Of a stretch of DNA of 64,000 bases, positions 9,489-18,539 are shown piece after piece. Under the pieces are notes generated by a model that ran no database searches, was not told the DNA's origin, and was given only the letters and a program-made list of their open reading frames with translations. Position 1 is the first letter of the stretch, and each line of letters begins with the position of its first letter. Origin of the DNA: a virus (Duplodnaviria; Caudoviricetes). The stretch lies in the IMG/VR virus record IMGVR_UViG_3300048927_000140, positions 447 to 64,446 of that record. One strand, 5' to 3'. Made by a program: the position numbers and the translations under genes.

Positions 9489-11075
9489 ATGCCAATCCTG
9501 AACGTGGCGCAAGCCAAGAAGAAGGTCGCGGCCTCCAAAGACTCGACCTCGCTGCATTTCAGCAACGAGACGAGCGCACCCGCTGATGAAGACAGCGGCT
9601 TCGAGGTCGAAAACAACATGTCGGTCGATACCCTGATCGATCCTGAAGATTACGAGCCGGGCGGCAGCACCCACTTCTCCAACGAAGAAGACTCGCATCC
9701 AACCCTGGCCTCGGCCAAGAAACCAAAGCGCGCCAAGGTCAGCGCGTCCGATATGGACGGCTGCGAAGACGGCGGCAGCACCGTCGATCCTGACACCACC
9801 AACGTCGGCACCATTCCGAACGATATCGATCCTGACCAGGGCTACATCGGCTCTTCGGCTGAAGGCCTGGACATGGGCGACGTTGATCCGGACGAAGACG
9901 ACGATGTGGACTTCGGCGCCGAAGATGACCCTGACGCCATGATCGACAACACCACGTTCCCGAACGACGTGGACGCGTCGGTCGACGAAGAAGGCGGCGA
10001 CACCCATATGTCGAACGAAGACGAACCCCAAATGGAAGAAGCGGCTGGTGACACCATGGACAACAACATGGCAGTTACTCCGCTGGAAGCCGCCGAAGGC
10101 GACGACGCCGACTGGGACGCTCCGCCAAGTGGCGACGATGAAGACGTGGCCGAAGACGATCTGGACGACATGGAAGCCGACGGCGACGTGGTCGAGCCAG
10201 AAGACCTGGCCTCGGGTCCTGAGCCTGAAGAAGCCACGACCGGTGAAGACCTGTCGATTCTGGACGTGGACGAAACTCCAGACGAAGATACCGACGGCGT
10301 CGCATTCGCTGCTGCCGGCACCCGTCTGCTGTGCATCAAGGCCAATCGCATCATCGCGACCATGACCGGCCGCATGGCAATCGCAAGCGGTCGCAACGAC
10401 GTGTATCTGACCGACCAGTTCCAAGCCGTCACCGCAATGTCGATCAAAGACAAGGGCCTGCGCAAAGGCTTGAAGTCGATGGGCTTCGCGCTGGCCACCG
10501 TGAGCCTGGCCAAGCAGTCGGTGCTCAAAGCACAAGTCCAGAAGGAAGTGACCAAGACCACGGCTGCCGTGCGCAAGGTCGCTGCCGAGAAGGACAAGGC
10601 GTTCCAGCAGTCGCTGGCAATCGCAAGTGTGGGTATCAACCGCAAGATGTTCAAGGACGTCGAGAACCCACTGCGTGCCCATCTGGAAGGCGAGTTCCGC
10701 CGCATGGGTATCGTGGGCGCCGGCAAGATCCTGGCCCACGCTTTCAACGAGCACGGCCCGGCCTACGCCAAGCAGGTGATCGAGTTGGCCAACAAAATCA
10801 GCGCCATGCCTGAAGAAGTACGCGACGGCTACGTGGACATGATGGACCTGCAGTCGGGCGTGATGGACGAGCCTGACGAGGACATGGTGCCTATCGGTGC
10901 TGAAGGTGGCGACGAGGACATCGATGACGATGAATTCGAGACCTCCGACTTCGGCGAAACTATCGAGGCAACCCTGGCCCGCCCAGGCACCAAGATCAAG
11001 GCCCATGCCGCAGCCAGCGGTAAGTTCAGCGTCGAAGCCAACCAGATTCTGGCCGGCACCCGTCCGTTGTTCTAA
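9489..11075 (+). CDS. Capsid scaffold/prohead core protein (highly acidic)
   Basis: Very D/E-rich N-terminal half with a helical C-terminal region; between protease and capsid genes; GAGGAC RBS. Confidence 0.7.
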   Translation: MPILNVAQAKKKVAASKDSTSLHFSNETSAPADEDSGFEVENNMSVDTLIDPEDYEPGGSTHFSNEEDSHPTLASAKKPKRAKVSASDMDGCEDGGSTVDPDTTNVGTIPNDIDPDQGYIGSSAEGLDMGDVDPDEDDDVDFGAEDDPDAMIDNTTFPNDVDASVDEEGGDTHMSNEDEPQMEEAAGDTMDNNMAVTPLEAAEGDDADWDAPPSGDDEDVAEDDLDDMEADGDVVEPEDLASGPEPEEATTGEDLSILDVDETPDEDTDGVAFAAAGTRLLCIKANRIIATMTGRMAIASGRNDVYLTDQFQAVTAMSIKDKGLRKGLKSMGFALATVSLAKQSVLKAQVQKEVTKTTAAVRKVAAEKDKAFQQSLAIASVGINRKMFKDVENPLRAHLEGEFRRMGIVGAGKILAHAFNEHGPAYAKQVIELANKISAMPEEVRDGYVDMMDLQSGVMDEPDEDMVPIGAEGGDEDIDDDEFETSDFGETIEATLARPGTKIKAHAAASGKFSVEANQILAGTRPLF

Positions 11076-11146
11076 GACCACGCGGGGTGTGTTTATCACA
11101 CCTCGCACTTTTACAGAGTAAGACAAATTCACTCAAGGAGAATCAA

Positions 11147-11818
11147 ATGATCTACGGCCCATTCTCGAAATACGTCGATAGCTCGGAAGCGCAAGTCGCT
11201 CCTGGCGCAGTAATCGACGCTGAAGGTCTGGTACTGGTACGTGCTGCTGGCGCGCAAGCTGCTGGCGTGCTGCCATCGACTGGCGGCACCGCTGAACTGT
11301 TCGCCGGCTTCTCGATTGCTGGCACTTCGGCCGCTCCATTCCTGGAAGGCTTCACCAACAAGCAAGAAACCCTGACCGTCCCAGCGACCGGCACCGTGAC
11401 CCTGCAGTTCGCTCCAGTGGCGAACCAGACCTTCGTGTTCGACACCACCACCAATTCGGCAATCGCAACCCCGACCGTGAGCGGCAAGAACATCACCGGC
11501 CTGCCTGCTGGCGACGAAGTGGTTGTCACCTACAAATACCAACTGTCGGTCGTGCAAGCCCGCTCGCTGGAAGGCGATACCCAGCCTGGCGGCTACAGCG
11601 GCGCCTACATCGGCCAGATCGGTCTGCTGAAACGCGGCATCCTGTACACCAGCCAATTCGACGCGTCGAAAAACTGGGCAGCTGCCACCTCGGTCAAGGC
11701 TGCGGCCGGCGGCCAAGTGACCGACCAGTCCGGTACCGGCATCACCCTGCCAGCCCAGATCATCGCCGTGCCGACCTCGGAAGTCACCTTCCTGGGCCTG
11801 GAATTCAGCGCCGTCTAA
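11147..11818 (+). CDS. Head decoration/cement-like structural protein
   Basis: AAGGAG RBS before ATG 11147 (MIYGPF); A/G/T-rich beta protein directly before the major capsid gene; strongly biased codons. Confidence 0.65.
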   Translation: MIYGPFSKYVDSSEAQVAPGAVIDAEGLVLVRAAGAQAAGVLPSTGGTAELFAGFSIAGTSAAPFLEGFTNKQETLTVPATGTVTLQFAPVANQTFVFDTTTNSAIATPTVSGKNITGLPAGDEVVVTYKYQLSVVQARSLEGDTQPGGYSGAYIGQIGLLKRGILYTSQFDASKNWAAATSVKAAAGGQVTDQSGTGITLPAQIIAVPTSEVTFLGLEFSAV

Positions 11819-11853
11819 GCCACCGCGACAGCATACACTAACAGGAGAAACAA

Positions 11854-12933
11854 ATGTCGAAAATCAAAGTCAACGCTGCGCGTACCCCAACCGTAGCATC
11901 CGAGTACCGTTTCACGGGCTCGAACGAACGCGCAGTCGGCCGTAACGGCGAGATCAACGCCTCGTCCAAGCGTGAACTGCTGAACAAGCAGATGGCATTC
12001 CTGCAAGCCTCGTCGGACGGCACCCTGGTGACCGACGCCGCTGGCCACAAGCTGGAAGCCGCCGCCAAGGCCAACCGTGAACTGCTGCTGGCTGCCCAGA
12101 ACGACGTGAATGTCCATCGTGTGCTCGGCGAGCGCATGGCCGAATCGCTGTACATCACCGCGAACCGCCAGGGCTTCATGCGCAAGTATCTGACCAAGAT
12201 CACCGTGGACCAGGGCACCATCCCACGCTTCCCACTGCGCACCAAGAACGTGACCGCCGTGTGGTCGACCTCGCCGACCAAGATCGAAACCCAGATCACG
12301 CGCGACAAATGGTACATGCCGCCGGAACTGAGCATCGTCACCCGTCCGTTCGTCACCCAGAACGAACTGAACCAGAGCGCCGGCGACGTGCTGCAAGAAA
12401 AGTATGTGGAAGCGACCGAAGCCGTGATGGTTGCCGAAGACCGTCTGTGGTACAACCAAGTCAACAGCCTGGTCGGCATCGACAACAACCTGACCATCAT
12501 CCCTGGCCAGCTGACCCCGTACTCGCTGATGCAGGTGCGCAACAACGTCACCCGCTGGGGCCTGAAAGCACCGCACGTGCTGATCGCCTCCGATATCTAC
12601 CAGGATATCGTCGGCAACCAGGACTTCTTCACCGCGATCGATCCTGTCGCCCGCCACGAACTGCTGCTGACCGGCGAGCTGGGCGTGATGTACGGCATGA
12701 CCATCACCTCCGACGCGTACCGTCACCCTGAACACAAGGTGCTGTCGCAAGGCGAAATCTTCGTGATCTCGGAAGCGCTGAACCACGGCGCCTACTCGGA
12801 TCGCGGCGGCATCAACTCGGCTCCGATCGATATCGTGAACGAAAAAGTGCCAGGCAAGGGCTGGGTCATCCACGAAGAAATCGCCATCTCCGTGGCCAAC
12901 AGCCGCTCGGTCGCCAAAGCCGTTCGCGTTTAA
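11854..12933 (+). CDS. Major capsid protein (HK97 fold)
   Basis: 359 aa, very strong codon bias, position after protease/scaffold/decoration; AEDRLW and GELGVMYGMTI P-domain-like patterns. Confidence 0.8.
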   Translation: MSKIKVNAARTPTVASEYRFTGSNERAVGRNGEINASSKRELLNKQMAFLQASSDGTLVTDAAGHKLEAAAKANRELLLAAQNDVNVHRVLGERMAESLYITANRQGFMRKYLTKITVDQGTIPRFPLRTKNVTAVWSTSPTKIETQITRDKWYMPPELSIVTRPFVTQNELNQSAGDVLQEKYVEATEAVMVAEDRLWYNQVNSLVGIDNNLTIIPGQLTPYSLMQVRNNVTRWGLKAPHVLIASDIYQDIVGNQDFFTAIDPVARHELLLTGELGVMYGMTITSDAYRHPEHKVLSQGEIFVISEALNHGAYSDRGGINSAPIDIVNEKVPGKGWVIHEEIAISVANSRSVAKAVRV

Positions 12934-12941
12934 TCAACCGC

Positions 12942-12967
12942 GGGTGCTGTCAACGTTGACAGCACCC
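12942..12967. repeat. Perfect 26-bp palindrome after the capsid gene
   Basis: GGGTGCTGTCAAC|GTTGACAGCACCC, with no U-tract. Confidence 0.85.
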
Positions 12968-12989
12968 AATCCAGTCGAAAGGAACAAAC

Positions 12990-13439
12990 ATGAAGAAGTA
13001 CAATCATACGCTGGACTACGCGGCTCTGGCTCTGGCCTCGGCAGCCAACGGCGATCTGGTCAACGCAGGCAAGCTGCTGGTGAAGGCGTCGAAACAGCAC
13101 GACGTTAAAGCCGCAGTGCAGATCCTGGAAGCGTCCAACGCACAGGCATTCGAGCGCCTGACCGCCTCGAAGAAAGCAGCCGTCAAGGCAGCCGCTTCGG
13201 GCAAAGTCAAGGCCGGCGAACGCGTCAAGGCAGCAGCCAAGCCGGCGCCGACCAAGGTGAAGGCCTTCGATATCGGCGACGAGTCGGAGATCAACGACCT
13301 GATCGAAGACGACGAACTGCCGCAGGGCAGCGACTCGGAAGAAGTCGAGGCTGCCGAAGAGGACGAGGACGACGAAGACTTCGACGCCCAGTTCGCTTCG
13401 ATGCTCGACGGCATGAAGGGCGCGGCTAAGGCCAAGTAA
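12990..13439 (+). CDS. Ala/Lys-rich, acidic-tailed putative head core protein
   Basis: AAGGAAC RBS; many [LIV]-x-A-[SA] motifs (LALAS, LVKAS, ILEAS, RLTAS, VKAAAS). Confidence 0.7.
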   Translation: MKKYNHTLDYAALALASAANGDLVNAGKLLVKASKQHDVKAAVQILEASNAQAFERLTASKKAAVKAAASGKVKAGERVKAAAKPAPTKVKAFDIGDESEINDLIEDDELPQGSDSEEVEAAEEDEDDEDFDAQFASMLDGMKGAAKAK

Positions 13440-13448
13440 TACCAACGG

Positions 13449-13490
13449 GGGAGCCGGTGCTTAATGCTCCGGCTCCCTTGTCACGTTTGG
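13449..13490 (+). terminator. Terminator-like hairpin
   Basis: GGGAGCCGG/CCGGCTCCC stem followed by TTGTCACGTTT. Confidence 0.6.
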
Positions 13491-13498
13491 GGGCCATA

Positions 13499-14131
13499 AT
13501 GCAAATCGTACCGATAGAAACCCAAGTGATGAGTGGCCTTATCAAACGGTTCACGCAAGTGTTCCAATGCAAGGCCATCTACACCACAACGCAAGACAAG
13601 ACGCGCACGCTGGAGCGTCTTCAGGAAGGTAAAGAGTTGGAACTGCCTTTCGCGTTCCTTACCGTGCAGTCGATGGCCCATAATAAGGACCAACGACAGT
13701 CCGCATACCTGAGCCGACGTGGTCTGCCTATAGCAGGTGGACAGGGGCAAGCATTTACCTCCCGCCTGGTGCCAGTCAACTTTAGCATCGAGGTTGAATT
13801 CCGCACCAATCAGTTCACTGGCATTGAGTCTACCACCGTGATGGGCTATGCCAAGCGCTGGCTCTTCGCCTACAAGTGCGGGATGCTCAAATTTAATATA
13901 CAGCATGGCCAGCTGCCTGTGCGCATAGGCGTCACGATGGACGACACGGTGCCTACGCCGCCACTGGAGAACAAGGTAGAGAACGATAGCCACTACAAGG
14001 TCACGACTAATCTCGTGGTGCATGGTTGGGTATCGGAACCTCAACTTGGAAGTCAGGGCGTCATTGAAGAAATCGAACTCGAAACAATGTTCGGCGCAGA
14101 CCAAGGCTTCACATTCGTTCCTTTTGACTAG
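13499..14131 (+). CDS. Putative neck/tail-completion protein
   Basis: Between head genes and sheath; about 210 aa; P..F and PVNFSIEVEF patterns resemble tail terminators. Call rests mainly on position. Confidence 0.5.
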   Translation: MQIVPIETQVMSGLIKRFTQVFQCKAIYTTTQDKTRTLERLQEGKELELPFAFLTVQSMAHNKDQRQSAYLSRRGLPIAGGQGQAFTSRLVPVNFSIEVEFRTNQFTGIESTTVMGYAKRWLFAYKCGMLKFNIQHGQLPVRIGVTMDDTVPTPPLENKVENDSHYKVTTNLVVHGWVSEPQLGSQGVIEEIELETMFGADQGFTFVPFD

Positions 14132-14140
14132 GAGTATTTT

Positions 14141-14503
14141 ATGGACAAGGTACTGGTCATTAACTTGACCGCAGTAACCCAGCACGTCGGAGTCATTCAC
14201 GCGAATGGCGTCAAAGACGACGTGCAGATCGTGCCTCGCAAGCGCGTGGAGCTCCGCACCGGCATGATCGTCGATCCTGCGTGGCTGGGCCGCAACCCAG
14301 ACTGCGTACGCGTCGTCAAGCCTCAGGTTCTGACTGCCAACGTGACGGCCAATCGTAAGCCTGAACAGCAGGCTCCGATTCCAACCACACTGACCGTGGC
14401 TGATCTGCAACCGGACGGCGCGCCTGCCGGCCAACTGACTGTCGCAGACCTCGATCCTGTGCAAGAGGTCGATGACAAAACCACTGAAGGAGAAGCACAA
14501 TGA
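14141..14503 (+). CDS. Hypothetical pre-sheath protein
   Basis: AGGAG RBS; LTVADL repeated twice; stop overlaps the sheath start. Confidence 0.6.
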   Translation: MDKVLVINLTAVTQHVGVIHANGVKDDVQIVPRKRVELRTGMIVDPAWLGRNPDCVRVVKPQVLTANVTANRKPEQQAPIPTTLTVADLQPDGAPAGQLTVADLDPVQEVDDKTTEGEAQ

Positions 14504-16440
14504 CCATTCTCGTTCAGCGCGCCTCCGATGTGCGCGTGCAAGAGATTGACCTGTCGCAAGTCATCACCTCGGCTTCGACCGCGGTGGGCTGCCAGGTCGT
14601 GGTGGCGAAACAAGGCTCTCCGGATCCGAAGTTCTTCACCAACGCAGACGACTATCTGCTGGAGTACGGCAATCCGGACGCACAGGTTTCGTTCGACGTG
14701 TACTGCGGCCTCGACTTCTTCAAAGAAGGCGACCAGCTGTGGGCCCGTCGCGCTGTTCACGACGACGCCCTGTATGCCGGCATCTTGATGTACAACACGA
14801 ACACCAATACCGAACTGATCGGTACGCCGAACGGTGTGAAGAACCCGCTGACGCCAGACTGGTCGACGCTGGTTCCTGCACCAACCGACGAACCCATCGC
14901 GCTGTTCTACCCGCTGCGTGGTCCGGGCTCGTACGCCAAGAACCTGGCCGTGGATATCGTGTCCAACAACCTGAATCCGCCAACCAACTTGGCTGGTACT
15001 TCGGCGAACACGGGCGGTACTATCGTGGCCGGCATCTACCAGTATCAAGTGTCGGCTGTGGGTGACGACGGTGAGACTCTGGCTTCCCAGCCAGTGCAGG
15101 TGCAAGTTGTAGGCGCTGTGGTTACCGGCGTTATCACCCTGACCTGGGACCCGGTTCCCCTGGCCAACGGCTACATGATCTACGGCCGTTCGACTGACGG
15201 CAATCTCACGGGTCTGATGGACACGATTGGAGCCACCGCCACCACGTGGTCCGACCTGGGTCTGATCCCGCCTGACGTGGCGAAGAAGCCGATCACCAGT
15301 CCGGCCGATCTGCCGCCTGCGAATCCAACCTTCACCGTCAGCGTCTACGATCTCGACGAGAGCGTGGACAATCCGGTTGAGCAGTTCGTTTGCACGCTGA
15401 GCCCTTACACGGATAGCAGCGGCATCGAGTGCGAGCTGGAAGAGCGCATCAATCCGTACTCGCAGTACATTCAGGTCACAAACAACACACCGGCCCTGAT
15501 GACCGTACCGTTCGTTACCTCGGCGGCGCGCAAGTCGATGACCGGCGGCGACAGCGGCACAGCACCAACCGAGTTCGATGTGGCGCAGGCTTACGGCATC
15601 TTCGCCAACAAGCAACTGTATCAGATCAACACGCTGATTAATGGCGGCCACTCGACCCCAACGGTACAGCGTGCCATGGACGCCCTGGCGGTGAAGCGCT
15701 GGGACTCGCTGGCTTGCTTGGACGTACCCTCGTCGAAGCAGAAGTTCCAGCCGGCTATCGACTACCGCAAACTGACGCTGAACCTGAACTCGTCGTACTC
15801 GGCGCTGTTCTGCCCAGACGTGCTGGAAGCCGACCTCATCAACGGCAAGCAACAGTACGTGCCGTTCAGTGGATGGGCTGCTGCGCTGTGCGCCCGTACC
15901 GACCGCGTTGCCAACCCATCGTTCTCCATCGCGGGCCTGAATCGCGGTCTGGTCGATGTGTTGAAGACCCGCGAGACCTACGACGATGCGCAGGCGACCG
16001 AACTGTTCAAGGCTCAGGTGAACTACACCCGTACCTTCGTCGGCCAGGGCATCGCGCTGTGGGAGCAACAGACGTTGCAGGCTAAGCAGAGTGCATTGAG
16101 CTGGGTCTCGGTACGCCGTATCGTCAACGTGATGAAGACGGCCCTGTACCAGTTCCTGCTTTACTCGCTGCAAGAGCCGAATGACGACTTCACCGGTCGT
16201 CAGATCGTCGGTGCATGCACCCAGTATCTGCAAGGCATCCAAGACGCACGCGGTATCTCCAGCTTCAAGGTGATTAGCGATTCGTCGAACAACACGGCAG
16301 CCATGTTTAACTCTGGTATTCGTCGGGTTACTGTCATCATCGTGCCTGTGATTCCGATCCACGAGATCCAGCTCCAGATGGTAATCAGCAAGCAGGGCGT
16401 GTCGTTCTCGGAAGCTCTGTCCCAGGTCGGCGGTCAATAA
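14500..16440 (+). CDS. Contractile tail sheath protein
   Basis: VRVQEIDLS N-terminus, YVPFSGWAA...SIAGLNRG, WVSVRR and EPND motifs of T4 gp18-like sheaths. Confidence 0.92.
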   Translation: MTILVQRASDVRVQEIDLSQVITSASTAVGCQVVVAKQGSPDPKFFTNADDYLLEYGNPDAQVSFDVYCGLDFFKEGDQLWARRAVHDDALYAGILMYNTNTNTELIGTPNGVKNPLTPDWSTLVPAPTDEPIALFYPLRGPGSYAKNLAVDIVSNNLNPPTNLAGTSANTGGTIVAGIYQYQVSAVGDDGETLASQPVQVQVVGAVVTGVITLTWDPVPLANGYMIYGRSTDGNLTGLMDTIGATATTWSDLGLIPPDVAKKPITSPADLPPANPTFTVSVYDLDESVDNPVEQFVCTLSPYTDSSGIECELEERINPYSQYIQVTNNTPALMTVPFVTSAARKSMTGGDSGTAPTEFDVAQAYGIFANKQLYQINTLINGGHSTPTVQRAMDALAVKRWDSLACLDVPSSKQKFQPAIDYRKLTLNLNSSYSALFCPDVLEADLINGKQQYVPFSGWAAALCARTDRVANPSFSIAGLNRGLVDVLKTRETYDDAQATELFKAQVNYTRTFVGQGIALWEQQTLQAKQSALSWVSVRRIVNVMKTALYQFLLYSLQEPNDDFTGRQIVGACTQYLQGIQDARGISSFKVISDSSNNTAAMFNSGIRRVTVIIVPVIPIHEIQLQMVISKQGVSFSEALSQVGGQ

Positions 16441-16483
16441 TCAATCAACGTGGGTGGGCACCGCCCACCCCTAAGGAGAAAAC

Positions 16484-16927
16484 ATGGCAATTCAAATCAA
16501 CGCATCGGCCCGTCTGGTGGAAGCACAACAAATGGTACGGGCCGCTAAGGCGGACGACGCAGGCAAGGTCGTGCTGTGGATACAGAAGGCTCTGGGCTGG
16601 AAGGGCAAACGCGTCGGCAAGGCCGGACAGAGCGAAGGCATGGAATTCAAAAAGAAACTGTCGGGCGCCACCGTGTGGCTGACGGTCACTCTGGACCATA
16701 CGCAAGAAGGCAGCCCTCTGCACATCGAAGGCGGCACGATGGACACGGCCAATAAGAAGCTGAAGGTGCAGTGGCACGTCACCGAGAAGACTGGTCGCAA
16801 GACCATTCTCGAACTCAAGGACGAGTTGAAGCGCACCATCGGCATGTTCCGTAACGTAGACGGTGCGGACGAACTGATCGAAGCAATGACCAAGCTCGTC
16901 CGTGCCAAATCCAAAGTGGAGGCCTAA
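16484..16927 (+). CDS. Basic protein with INAxxRL leader, inserted between sheath and tube
   Basis: Starts MAIQINASARLVEA; AAGGAG RBS. Confidence 0.7.
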   Translation: MAIQINASARLVEAQQMVRAAKADDAGKVVLWIQKALGWKGKRVGKAGQSEGMEFKKKLSGATVWLTVTLDHTQEGSPLHIEGGTMDTANKKLKVQWHVTEKTGRKTILELKDELKRTIGMFRNVDGADELIEAMTKLVRAKSKVEA

Positions 16928-17431
16928 ATGCGTACATCGCTGCAAGACGTATTGAGTCTGCAGGACCCAGCAGCGTCATACAACTTTGACCTGTTCCTGC
17001 CGAACATCCCCGGCTCGTCGGATACGCGGGACCTGACGTTCAAGTGCATGACCACAGACCTGCCCGGCGTTGCCGTGGACTCGATGGAAGCTGCGCTGCA
17101 CGGCGTCAAGGTTCCGTTCGCGGGTGCCAAGGTGTTCACCCACACCTTGAACGCCACGTTTCTGGAGACGGCCGACTGGATGACGCGTGAGAAGTTCCGT
17201 CGCTGGAACGAATTCACGCGCTCGTGGAAGAACAACAGCGGTGCGCTGGCTTCTGCGTACAAGGTCGACAGCCAGATCGTCGTCTACAACGACATTCCAG
17301 AGGTCGTTCGTACCACCAACCTGATCGGCCTGTATCTGGAGACCATGAACGAGGTGGCTCTGGACGGCGGGGCGTCGAACATCGTCACCCTGCAGTGTAC
17401 CTTCAAGTACACCTACTGGGATGATGTGTGA
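16928..17431 (+). CDS. Tail tube protein (T4 gp19-like)
   Basis: 167 aa after the sheath; DP...YNF, LPG, F.RW and C-terminal TFKYTYW patterns. Confidence 0.85.
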   Translation: MRTSLQDVLSLQDPAASYNFDLFLPNIPGSSDTRDLTFKCMTTDLPGVAVDSMEAALHGVKVPFAGAKVFTHTLNATFLETADWMTREKFRRWNEFTRSWKNNSGALASAYKVDSQIVVYNDIPEVVRTTNLIGLYLETMNEVALDGGASNIVTLQCTFKYTYWDDV

Positions 17432-17730
17432 TGCGCACCCATGCGGCCACGCGCCTGAACGCCCACAAACTGGAAGCTTCACCTAGTCAAGGCGCTGCTG
17501 TTAAAGCGCTGAAACAGATGGGTTTCCATCATCGCAAGATCGAGAAGGACGGGGATAGCATTCAAGTGCTGACCTCGAACGACAGAGGAGAAATCTTTCT
17601 GACATTGAATAGCGATAGCCTTCAGGCTCTCAAGGCAATGTTTGCCCGTGACGAAAACCTGCAACTTCACTTCTACACTATGAATGCTGTACAGGTGGGT
17701 GTCAGTGTGGCGAGCAAGACGGTTGATTAA
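17428..17730 (+). CDS. Small protein with degenerate INAxxRL leader
   Basis: MRTHAATRLNAHKLEAS; start overlaps the tube stop; followed by a hairpin. Confidence 0.6.
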   Translation: MMRTHAATRLNAHKLEASPSQGAAVKALKQMGFHHRKIEKDGDSIQVLTSNDRGEIFLTLNSDSLQALKAMFARDENLQLHFYTMNAVQVGVSVASKTVD

Positions 17731-17734
17731 CAAC

Positions 17735-17764
17735 TGGGCGGGCTTCGGCTCGCCCATTTCTTTA
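17735..17764 (+). terminator. Intrinsic terminator
   Basis: GGGCGGGC-TTCG-GCTCGCCC followed by ATTTCTTT. Confidence 0.65.
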
Positions 17765-17775
17765 TAGGAGGTGAT

Positions 17776-18183
17776 ATGATTCCCGTGCGTCAAACCATCA
17801 TGTATCAGCATGAGCCGCGTGTCTATGGCGACTGCATGCGAGCCTCAATCGCCTCCATACTGGAGCTCCCAATAGAAGAAGTGCCGCACTTCCTGCAGCT
17901 GGCCGAAGGTCGCGTGTACGAATTTTATGACCTGATCGAAGACTTTCTGATGACCAAGGGATATCTGGTGCTGTGGCAACGCAGCATCGCCTACCATTGG
18001 CAGCCAGGAGATCCGTCGGTCTATCACTTGATGAGCGGACCTAGTCCTAGACACCCAGGTGTCCATCACTCGGTAGTCGGACGTAACGGCGTGCCGTATT
18101 TCGATCCTCATCCGGATGGCACTATGCTGGCCGGAGAACCAAACCAGTGGACTTGTTCATTCATATTAAAGGCTATGCCATGA
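17776..18183 (+). CDS. Papain-like (C39-type) fold hypothetical protein
   Basis: AGGAGG RBS; Q...GDCMRASIAS, HSVVG and FDPHP give a Cys-His-Asp arrangement. Confidence 0.55.
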   Translation: MIPVRQTIMYQHEPRVYGDCMRASIASILELPIEEVPHFLQLAEGRVYEFYDLIEDFLMTKGYLVLWQRSIAYHWQPGDPSVYHLMSGPSPRHPGVHHSVVGRNGVPYFDPHPDGTMLAGEPNQWTCSFILKAMP

Positions 18184-18467
18184 CAATCAAAATTCAGGCG
18201 TCGCAGCGACTTGCGGCCGCCAAAAGGGATCCTGTCCTGCAAAAGCTCTGCGACGATCTGTGCGACTATGAAGACGACCAGATGTGCGACGTAGACGCCG
18301 GCGACGAGATCGAGTTTTATGCGAAGAAGTCCTACTGTGTGAAAGCGCTTAAGGCCCTTGGTTTTAAGGGCAGTGGCGACTTGTACGAAAAGGGTGATGT
18401 GAAGCTGAGCGTCAAGGCGGCTCCGGGTCACTCTGCAAAGAACACCACGTATATTCGCGTGGCTTAG
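18180..18467 (+). CDS. Small protein with INAxxRL-like leader
   Basis: ATG 18180 overlapping the upstream stop gives MTIKIQASQRLAAA. Confidence 0.65.
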   Translation: MTIKIQASQRLAAAKRDPVLQKLCDDLCDYEDDQMCDVDAGDEIEFYAKKSYCVKALKALGFKGSGDLYEKGDVKLSVKAAPGHSAKNTTYIRVA

Positions 18468-18539
18468 TAGTATCAAGCGACGGCGATGAGCCGCGCTTTT
18501 CAATCCGATCCGCACCGACGGTCACTTAAGGAGATTTAC

